The notes under the pieces were generated by a model, which made no database searches, was not told the DNA's origin, and saw nothing but the letters and a program-made list of their open reading frames with translations. From contig CAVBBL010000006.1 of NCBI GenBank assembly GCA_963593905.1, forward strand, positions 6,139 to 70,138: a stretch of DNA of 64,000 nt, in the 5' to 3' direction. Shown piece by piece: positions 8,179-15,743 of this stretch. The position numbers and the translations under genes are program-made. The DNA is from a bacterium. Lineage in GTDB: Bacteria > Bacillota > Clostridia > Lachnospirales > Lachnospiraceae. The number at the start of each line of letters is the position of its first letter. Positions within the stretch are counted from its first letter, which is position 1.

Positions 8179-9114
8179 TTATTCACCATCGTAAGGAATA
8201 ACTGCTCCGTCGTAGGTCTCGTTGATGTAGTTCTTGATATCATCAGACTTAAGCACTTCTACCAGAGCCTTGATGCCGTCATTCTCCTCATTGCCTTCCT
8301 CTACAGCGATGACGTTTACATAGGTCTTTGCTGCTTCAGAATCGGACTTCTCATAAGCGATTGCATCCTTGCTTACAGAGAAACCAGCTTCCAGTGCGTA
8401 GTTACCATTCATGACTGCCAGTGCTACTTCGCCGATGACATGAGGAATCTGCGCCGCTTCCAGCTCCTCGAACTTGAGATTTAACGGATTGTCAACGATG
8501 TCATTGACGGTTGCTTCCAGGCCAGCGCCGTCCTTTAAGGTCAGCACACCATTATCCTGCAGCAGCAGAAGGGCTCTTGCCTCATTAGTGGTATCGTTGG
8601 GCACTGCGATGGTATCGCCGTCTGCCAGATCCTCTAAGCTGCTCTTGGTGCCGGGATAGATGCCGAAGGGCTCGTAGTGAATCTTGCCGGCTACTACCAA
8701 ATGGGTGCCCTTTTCTTCATTAAAGCTGTCCAGATAAGGAACATGCTGGAAATAGTTGGCATCGAACTCGCCGCTCTCTACTACCAGGTTAGGCTGTACA
8801 TAGTCATCAAATACAGTTACCTCCAGATCATAACCCTTGTCCTTCAGCAGATCCTTTGCCTTCTCCAGGATCTCTGCGTGAGGAGTTGCGCTGGCTGCTA
8901 CTTTGATCACAGTCAGGTCGCCGTCAGCTGCCTCTGTGTCAGCAGCCTCTGCCTCTTCGGTCTCCTCTGCTGCCTCCGTGGACTCCTCCGCTGCTGTCTC
9001 CTCAGCAGACGCCTCTGCAGATGCGTCTGTGGAAGCGCTGGAGCTGCCGCATGCAGATAATACGCTCACTGCAAGTACAGCGGTCAGCACAGATGCCAAT
9101 ACTTTCTTTTTCAT
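8179..9114 (-). CDS. metQ: MetQ/NlpA-family methionine ABC transporter substrate-binding lipoprotein
   Basis: MKKKVLASVLTAVLAVSVLSACGS provides a lipobox and follows AAAGGAGGAAATT. An acidic linker precedes an NlpA-like domain. It sits next to metI and metN. Confidence 0.85.
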   Translation of the reverse strand: MKKKVLASVLTAVLAVSVLSACGSSSASTDASAEASAEETAAEESTEAAEETEEAEAADTEAADGDLTVIKVAASATPHAEILEKAKDLLKDKGYDLEVTVFDDYVQPNLVVESGEFDANYFQHVPYLDSFNEEKGTHLVVAGKIHYEPFGIYPGTKSSLEDLADGDTIAVPNDTTNEARALLLLQDNGVLTLKDGAGLEATVNDIVDNPLNLKFEELEAAQIPHVIGEVALAVMNGNYALEAGFSVSKDAIAYEKSDSEAAKTYVNVIAVEEGNEENDGIKALVEVLKSDDIKNYINETYDGAVIPYDGE

Positions 9115-9363
9115 AATTTCCTCCTTTTGCCGCAATTGCTGCGGCGATGTTTTGTTTCGTTACTGCTTTTATCTTAAATTTCCAATGCTTTGAGATTCTG
9201 TCGTTCTCTCGATCGCCACAATCAACCTGGCAGGAAATTAAAAGATCCTCTTTGCGTTTCTTTCGATTTTGGATTTTTCGTTCTTTATTTTCTCTTATTC
9301 AGCCTTACTTTCTATCATCTGATTTTTCTTTCTCTTATCCGATTTTCCTGCATTTATCAGGTT

Positions 9364-10023
9364 TTATTTTCTCTTGTCCAGCACTGCTGCCACTTTCGTA
9401 CCGGCGATCTGGAAAATCTGTACCAGTAATACCAGCAGCACTACCGTAACGATCATGATATCACTCTGATAGCGATAATAACCATAGCGGATGGCGATAT
9501 CTCCCAGTCCGCCGCCGCCTACGGTGCCGGCCATAGCAGAATAACCAAGAATGGTACCGAAAGCAATGGTGGCACCTACAATCAGGGATACTCTGGCCTC
9601 TCCCAGCAACACTCTCCAGATAATGGTCCTATTGTTGGCACCCATGGACTGTGCTGCCTCGATGACACCGTGGTCCACTTCCTTTAAAGAAGACTCCACC
9701 ATTCTCGCAATGAAGGGTGCCGCAGAAATCACCAGCGGCACGATGGTGGCGGTGGTTCCATAGCTCTTGCCCACGATGAAGCGGGTCAGCGGAATGATCA
9801 GGATCAACAGAATCAGGAAGGGAATACTGCGCAGGATATTGCAGACCACATCCAGAATCCGGTACAGCACCGCGTTAGGGCGGATACCTTCCTTATCGGA
9901 AATCATCAAAAGGATGCCCAGGGGAAGTCCCAGCACATAGCCGAAGACCGTGGAGACCACTGACATATAGAGGGTCTCACCGATGCCCTGTATGATCATA
10001 CTGATTACTTCACTACTCCACAT
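9364..10023 (-). CDS. metI: Methionine ABC transporter permease
   Basis: It is a 219-aa five-TM permease with an EAA-like loop (VIEAAQSMGANNRTIIWRVLL). It overlaps the metN stop by 11 nt. Confidence 0.85.
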   Translation of the reverse strand: MWSSEVISMIIQGIGETLYMSVVSTVFGYVLGLPLGILLMISDKEGIRPNAVLYRILDVVCNILRSIPFLILLILIIPLTRFIVGKSYGTTATIVPLVISAAPFIARMVESSLKEVDHGVIEAAQSMGANNRTIIWRVLLGEARVSLIVGATIAFGTILGYSAMAGTVGGGGLGDIAIRYGYYRYQSDIMIVTVVLLVLLVQIFQIAGTKVAAVLDKRK

Positions 10024-11050
10024 CGCCTTGCACCTCCTCTACTGCCAGACCCCGCTGTTCCAGATAGCTGACCATCTCACTCTGCAGCTTTTCATCTGCA
10101 GGCAGTCCCAGGATCATCTGTCCTCTGGCCATGCCTCCCACATCGCAGGTATCCGCTTTCAGGATATTCACCGGCGTACCGAACTGCAAGATCATATTGG
10201 CAATCACAGGTTCAAAGGAAGAATTGCTGGTAAAGACGATGCGAATACGCTTACCCTCATGGAGCAGAGGCTTTTGTCTGGAGATGCCCTCCCACTCGTC
10301 AGGATCCTTTCCTTCTATTATAAGTTGTTTAGCTGCCCGAGACTGAGGTCTGGTAAAGACCTGCTCTACGGAGCCATTTTCCACCAGAGCACCATGCTCT
10401 ACGATAGCCACATGGTGACAGATTTCCTGCACCACGGACATCTGATGCGTAATGATAATGATGGTGATGCCCATCTCTTTATTGATTTTCCGAAGCAGTT
10501 CCAGGATGGAAGCTGTGGTCTGGGGATCCAATGCACTGGTAGCTTCATCGCACAAAAGTATCTTGGGATCGCAGGCCAATGCTCTCGCGATGGCCACTCG
10601 CTGCTTCTGACCGCCGGAAAGCTGTGCCGGATAAGCCTTTTCCTTGTCAGAAAGTCCTACGGTTTTTAACAGCTCTCTGGCCTTCTCTCTGGCGTCCTTT
10701 TTCGTTACACCCTGAATCTGCAGAGGAAAGCAGATATTGTCGATGACATTTTTCTGCATCAGCAGGTTAAAGCTCTGGAAAATCATGCCGATACTGCTGC
10801 GGAGCTTTCTCAGCTCCCGATCGGATAATGCCCCCAATTCCTGTCCCTCTACCAGCACCTTGCCGGCGGTGGGCTTCTCTAAATAGTTCAGACATCTGAC
10901 CAGTGTGCTCTTGCCCGCACCGGACATACCGATGATGCCATAGATATCTCCTGCCTCAATCTGCAGGCTGATGTCCTTTAATGCTTCTACTGTCGCATCC
11001 TTTGTCTCAAAGGTCTTCGACAGGTTCTGCACTTCGATCATATAAGACAT
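10013..11050 (-). CDS. metN: Methionine ABC transporter ATP-binding protein (with C-terminal NIL domain)
   Basis: It has Walker A GMSGAGKST, signature LSGGQKQR and Walker B LLCDEATSALD. The start MSYMIEVQNL at 11050 follows GGAAGGAACAGGG. The ORF track start at 11092 is an extension. Confidence 0.9.
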   Translation of the reverse strand: MSYMIEVQNLSKTFETKDATVEALKDISLQIEAGDIYGIIGMSGAGKSTLVRCLNYLEKPTAGKVLVEGQELGALSDRELRKLRSSIGMIFQSFNLLMQKNVIDNICFPLQIQGVTKKDAREKARELLKTVGLSDKEKAYPAQLSGGQKQRVAIARALACDPKILLCDEATSALDPQTTASILELLRKINKEMGITIIIITHQMSVVQEICHHVAIVEHGALVENGSVEQVFTRPQSRAAKQLIIEGKDPDEWEGISRQKPLLHEGKRIRIVFTSNSSFEPVIANMILQFGTPVNILKADTCDVGGMARGQMILGLPADEKLQSEMVSYLEQRGLAVEEVQGDVE

Positions 11051-11373
11051 AGTCCCTGTTCCTTCCTTTTCATATACTCCCACGGCAATCACAAATGTAA
11101 TGTGCTGAACATATTACCTTATTTTAATCAACTTGTCCAATTTGAACAGTCAGCAAAATTGAATGACGGGGTATAGCTTTGGTGCATGGCGGAGAGTTTT
11201 TGGCATTTATAACGAATTATCTGCATCAATGCATCAAACTTGTGTTTGCAATACATCTTTTTCCTGTATTTCCTACTTGTTTCGTAGGATACTATTTGTC
11301 TTTTATTTTGTCAATGACTTTTTCATCTATTTCAGTTTTCCGGATATAAAGCAGTTGCCCGCATTTGTCAGGG

Positions 11374-11408
11374 CATCACGCATCACACATCACACATCAC
11401 ACATCAGG
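11374..11408. repeat. Heptanucleotide tandem repeat (CATCACR)x5
   Basis: The sequence reads catcacg catcaca catcaca catcaca catcagg. It lies in the intergenic region upstream of metN. Confidence 0.85.
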
Positions 11409-11451
11409 CCCACAAATAAATATTCTGGTTCTAAACCTGCAAGATGCTGAA

Positions 11452-11508
11452 ACAAAAAAGAACCTCCAAAGACCGTTTTTTATCCGGCCTCCGGAGGTTG
11501 CTCTGAGA
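11452..11508 (-). terminator. Rho-independent terminator after the BMP lipoprotein gene
   Basis: The minus sense reads AACCTCC...GGAGGTT with an inner CCGGAGGCCGG, followed by CTTTTTTG. Confidence 0.6.
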
Positions 11509-11583
11509 ATCTGAAAAAGTATCTCTGCACAACACGCTGTTCTTATATTTTCGCCACAACAAGGCACAGTCAGTCAGAATCCA

Positions 11584-12915
11584 TCAGAATTCATAATCCA
11601 GTGTCACATGATCCTGAATGGGAATGCTGTCTGCGTCGGATTTATTGCTGATGGAGATCTTGCCTGCCACCAGATTTGCATAGAGCTGATCATACTGCCC
11701 TACTGTAAAATTCTCCAGCCGGCTATTGGTCATGGACAGGCAGATGCTGTTTTGTGCAGTGCCCAGCTGGGTCTCTTTGCCGGCGTAGGTGTCGCTGAAA
11801 TGCCAGTCATTCTCATAGAGATCCCGCAAGCATAGATCGATGGTCTGCTGGATATTCTTCATCGCAGAGACAATAACAGTATCGTACATACCGGATTGAT
11901 CCACATCCACACCGATCATCACAGCATTGTTGGCTTTCGCCGCCTCATTGCAGCTCTCTCCTATGCCGCCGCCGCAGGCAAAGACCACCTCCGTGCCGTC
12001 TGCGTACCAGGTATTCATCTTATCCCGGATGGCATCTGAAGGCGAAAAGGTATAGGAATACCAATATTTCACATCTACCTTATCTACGCCAAGCGCCTCC
12101 GCTGCCGCATTCGCTCCCTGCAGGAAGCCATAACCGTAGCGGATCACCCCGGCCACCGGCACGCCGCCCAAAAAGCCCAGCTTTCTGTAGCCCTCTGCCA
12201 CCGCCGCATAGCCTGCCAGGTAACCTGCCTCTTCTTCCTTAAAGGTGATCAGTGCCGTATTCTCCCCCACTGTCACATGGGCTGCATTCATGGCTTTCTG
12301 GGAAACATCCATAGAAAGGAAGGCAACATCCGGATACTTGCTCTGGGCCTTTCCTATGGTATTGACGAAAAATGAACCTGGCATCACCACTGCCTTAGCA
12401 CCATCCGCAACTGCCTGATCGATCTGTTCCATGCAAGTCCCGTCGGTATGCTCCTGCGGATGATAATACCGACACTGCAGGGAATACTCCCGGCAAAAGC
12501 TCTGAATGCTCTCCCAGCTGATCTGATTATAGGAGCCATCCTCCAGCTCACCTGCATCTGTCACCAGAGCAATGTCTATCTTGGTTTGACTTGCAGAGTC
12601 ATTTGCCAGATCTGCTGCATTGCTATCCAATGACAGTTCATCGCCATCTTCTTCGAGAGCTGCAGAATCAGACTTCTCACCGTCTCCCCCGGCAGCATCC
12701 TCCTTCTTTTCTGTCTGTGTCATACGGCTCTGTGCAGCTGCCGCCTCATCGGATTTTGTCTCCGTCGCATCTGCTGCATCCGATGCATCCGCTGTATTCA
12801 TTAGCTGACTCTTTGTATCACCTGCCGTTCCGGTATGATCAGATGATGTATTGCCGCAGCCCGTCACGGAAAAAAGCAGACAGCCAGTCAATAACAGTGC
12901 TACTAATTTTTTCAT
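11584..12915 (-). CDS. BMP-family (PnrA/Med-like) ABC substrate-binding lipoprotein, no cognate permease/ATPase adjacent
   Basis: MKKLVALLLTGCLLFSVTGCGN provides a lipobox. About 110 aa of D/A/S/E-rich linker precede a BMP-like domain (IALVTDAGELEDGSYNQ, GYLAGYAA, VIGVDVDQS). The ORF track start at 12969 is an extension. Confidence 0.75.
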   Translation of the reverse strand: MKKLVALLLTGCLLFSVTGCGNTSSDHTGTAGDTKSQLMNTADASDAADATETKSDEAAAAQSRMTQTEKKEDAAGGDGEKSDSAALEEDGDELSLDSNAADLANDSASQTKIDIALVTDAGELEDGSYNQISWESIQSFCREYSLQCRYYHPQEHTDGTCMEQIDQAVADGAKAVVMPGSFFVNTIGKAQSKYPDVAFLSMDVSQKAMNAAHVTVGENTALITFKEEEAGYLAGYAAVAEGYRKLGFLGGVPVAGVIRYGYGFLQGANAAAEALGVDKVDVKYWYSYTFSPSDAIRDKMNTWYADGTEVVFACGGGIGESCNEAAKANNAVMIGVDVDQSGMYDTVIVSAMKNIQQTIDLCLRDLYENDWHFSDTYAGKETQLGTAQNSICLSMTNSRLENFTVGQYDQLYANLVAGKISISNKSDADSIPIQDHVTLDYEF

Positions 12916-13227
12916 AAAGTCTCCATCCCACAGGTAATCTGTGCAGGAAATGCTGCAAAAATACGGCAACCCTTTCCAGATTCAATACCCTTTGTTTTCG
13001 CTTCTTTTATTGTAGCGTATTCCCGGAAATCAGCAAGTAATTTCCTCTTCACTTTCCTAACGCATTCGACCAATTCTTGGATATTACCCTGTTAATTTTG
13101 CAAAGTGGACTGGTTAAAATGTTTTAAAATGGACATTTTGGCATAGCCACTTCATTGTATAATGGACAACAACAAAGCACAAAAAGAAGCGGCAGTGCAG
13201 ATTTTGCCGCTTCAAAAGGAGGAAATT

Positions 13228-13854
13228 ATGAGTACATCTAACACATCTGAAAACAAGAAATCCAAAGCCGCTTTAATGCGTGTGGTCTATGTGGGATTAT
13301 TCGCCGCACTTTCTTATGTGGTCTTTACCTATTTCCAGATCAAAGTGCCGCTTCCGGGCGGAGATGCCACTTCCTTCCATCTGGGCAACGCAGTCGTCGT
13401 TATCGGTGCCCTGCTCCTGGGTGGTGTCTGGGGCGGTCTTGGCGGCGCCATCGGCATGACCATCGGCGATCTGCTGGATCCCATCTACATCGTCTATGCT
13501 CCTAAGACATTTTTGCTGAAATTCCTCATCGGTCTGATTGCAGGCACCGTAGCACACAAGGTATTTCATATAGAAGAAGAGCATGACACCGCCAAAGTTT
13601 TCCGCGCTGTTCTAATCTCCGCTATCTGCGGCCTGGCCTTTAATGCAGTCTTTGATCCGCTCATCGGCTATTTCTACAAGCTGCTCATCTTAGGCAAGCC
13701 GGCTGCAGACATCACACTGAGCTGGAATATCGGCGTCACAGCTTTTAATGCCGTTATGTCAGTCATCGCCTCCACAGCCATCTACATGGCACTGCGTGTG
13801 CCGCTGCACAAAGCAGGTTTCCTGCAGGATGTGACACCTGCTTCCAATAAATAA
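13228..13854 (+). CDS. ECF transporter S component (substrate unknown)
   Basis: The ATG at 13228 follows AAAGGAGGAAATT. The protein has six hydrophobic helices and a Gly-rich helix (GALLLGGVWGGLGGAIGMTIGDLL) typical of ECF S components. The ORF track start at 13162 is an extension. Confidence 0.65.
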   Translation: MSTSNTSENKKSKAALMRVVYVGLFAALSYVVFTYFQIKVPLPGGDATSFHLGNAVVVIGALLLGGVWGGLGGAIGMTIGDLLDPIYIVYAPKTFLLKFLIGLIAGTVAHKVFHIEEEHDTAKVFRAVLISAICGLAFNAVFDPLIGYFYKLLILGKPAADITLSWNIGVTAFNAVMSVIASTAIYMALRVPLHKAGFLQDVTPASNK

Positions 13855-13955
13855 ACAGCGCAATCGTTAAATCAATATTTATCTTATAGTCAAATGTTAA
13901 TTTGTTGATTTAACGATGTACCAGATGCACCATAGAAAAATAGTTACTTACAGTA

Positions 13956-14003
13956 GAAGCCTTTGACTGTGAACCGCAAGTTCCACAGCCGAAGGCTTTT
14001 CTG
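13956..14003 (+). terminator. Terminator after the ECF S-component gene
   Basis: AAGCCTTTGACTGTG...CACAGCCGAAGGCTT is followed by TTTCTGATT. Confidence 0.5.
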
Positions 14004-14142
14004 ATTCCATTATCTATATCTTATTCACTCCCCTGCTGTCTATATACCCTCCGGCCATATGCCATCACTCCGCTTTAGGCTTTTCTATCCTGCTGCCACT
14101 TTGCTTTAGGCTTTTCTATCCTGCTATCGGGCATATTTTGCA

Positions 14143-15453
14143 CTATCTCTCCATCTTCCAGAAATAAGCGCTGTAGGGAGGCAGTTCACTGCCGCCGCCA
14201 AAATCATGAGATTCACCGGTGATCAGATCAACTGCCGTACCACATCCTGCATCAAAATGAGCCATAAAGGCCTGTCCATCTGCATTCACTGCCACCAGCA
14301 CGCGTTCATGTTCACTGGCTCTCTCGAAAATACATTGCCTGTTCGTCAGCAGGACGCTTCGAAATCCGCCGTAATTTAACGCCTCAGACCCCCGCTTTGC
14401 CTTTGCCAGCCGACTGATCCAATCTGTTAGTTCGTTCCATTCCGGCCTCTCCGGGCAGGGACGAAGGGCACCGTCGCCATCCTTCTTATCTCCCTTGATT
14501 CCCCATTCGCTTCCGTAATAGACAGAAGGCATCCCCGGCATACCGAAAGCCAGGGCATAAAGCAGAGGCAGCTGCGCAGGATTCTGCAAAATAGTAGCTG
14601 CTCTGGTCACATCATGGTTATCCACAAAGCTCAGCAATTGCATGCCCCGATATAAACACCAGGGATCTGATCCGAACTGGCGCAGCAGCGAATGATTGAT
14701 CTCAAAAAGGTTCATGCTGTTCAGGCTGGAGTGCAGGCCCTTGTAACACTCATAATTGGTTGCAGACTGGAGCATCTCCGGATTAGCCACCTGCTTGTAA
14801 TCACCGCCCAGTATTTCTCCAATCATGTAGAAGTCTTTCTTTTTGGCATCTGTACACCGGCGAAGTCGACGAAGGAAATCCCTGTCCACACAATACGCCA
14901 CATCGATTCGCAGACCATCTATATCAAAGGCATCGATCCAGTAAGATACACTGTCCAGTAAATACTGCACCACCTCTTCATTGCGAAGGTTTAGCTTCAC
15001 CAGATCGAAATTGCCTTCCCATCCCTCGTACCACAGGCCGTCGTTATAGCAGGAGTTTCCCTCGAAGCTGATATAGAACCAATCCTTATACCGGGAATTC
15101 TCCCGATTTTGCAGCACATCCTGGAAGGGTCCAAAGCCTCTGCCCGCGTGATTAAAGACGCCGTCCAGAAACACCTTGATTCCTCTGGCATGCAGCGCAT
15201 CACATACCTCCTTCATATCCTCATTAGTGCCCAGCCGCACATCTAATTTCCGGTAATCTCTCGTATTGTAACCATGGGTGTCCGACTCAAATAAAGGATT
15301 AAAAATAACTGCATTAGCCCCCAACTTTTCCATATGCTCGATCCAGTCTTTTACCTTCAGAATCCGGTGCGTCAGCACACCGTCATTTTCAAAAGGTGCA
15401 CCGCAAAATCCCAGTGGATAAATCTGATAGTATACACTTTCTTCTGCCCACAT
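14143..15453 (-). CDS. GH13 alpha-amylase-family glycosidase (cytoplasmic, no signal peptide)
   Basis: GH13 conserved regions are present: DGVFNHAG, GLRIDVAY, GEILGG and FVDNHD. Confidence 0.85.
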   Translation of the reverse strand: MWAEESVYYQIYPLGFCGAPFENDGVLTHRILKVKDWIEHMEKLGANAVIFNPLFESDTHGYNTRDYRKLDVRLGTNEDMKEVCDALHARGIKVFLDGVFNHAGRGFGPFQDVLQNRENSRYKDWFYISFEGNSCYNDGLWYEGWEGNFDLVKLNLRNEEVVQYLLDSVSYWIDAFDIDGLRIDVAYCVDRDFLRRLRRCTDAKKKDFYMIGEILGGDYKQVANPEMLQSATNYECYKGLHSSLNSMNLFEINHSLLRQFGSDPWCLYRGMQLLSFVDNHDVTRAATILQNPAQLPLLYALAFGMPGMPSVYYGSEWGIKGDKKDGDGALRPCPERPEWNELTDWISRLAKAKRGSEALNYGGFRSVLLTNRQCIFERASEHERVLVAVNADGQAFMAHFDAGCGTAVDLITGESHDFGGGSELPPYSAYFWKMER

Positions 15454-15583
15454 AGTTATCTTACCCCTTTCCTTTCCTTCGCTTTACTTTACATAATTAT
15501 TTTGACCTGTTTAGTCTATTTTTCTGTTTTTCCCACAAAATCGATACCCTGTTCAAAGGTTCGATTTTCCTTTTATTTTCGCG

Positions 15584-15670
15584 CTCTCCACATATCACCA
15601 ATCCGAGAAATCCACGGTTTCCACAGAGTTATCCACATTGTTTTCCAGTCTTATCCACCCTGTTTCCACA
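15584..15670 (+). promoter_or_regulatory. Cluster of same-strand DnaA-box-like 9-mers
   Basis: Compared with TTATCCACA, the 9-mers are:
- CTCTCCACA at 15584 (2 mismatches)
- AAATCCACG at 15608 (3 mismatches)
- GTTTCCACA at 15617 (2 mismatches)
- TTATCCACA at 15629 (perfect)
- TTATCCACC at 15651 (1 mismatch)
- GTTTCCACA at 15662 (2 mismatches)
- TTTCCCACA at 15529 (2 mismatches), just outside this span. Confidence 0.5.
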
Positions 15671-15743
15671 GGATTTTGGGGCTAAATTGTTTTTAGTTTT
15701 CAGACAACTTCTTATATTTTTGCTTTACATAATTATCGCATTT

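Noticed and set aside
11051-11583. SAM (S-box) riboswitch or T-box upstream of metN; preQ1 riboswitch at the hairpin before the ECF-S gene (13186..13213)
   Set aside because: I could not find the conserved cores by eye (GGTGGAGGGA..GCAACC for S-box, AGGGTGGTACCGCG for T-box, a short P1 plus A-rich ACTAA tail for preQ1-I). A covariance-model scan is needed to be sure.
15529-15670. Chromosomal replication origin (oriC)
   Set aside because: There is no dnaA, dnaN, rpmH or gidA nearby. The coding-strand bias stays on the minus strand on both sides. I therefore interpret this as a secondary DnaA-box cluster.
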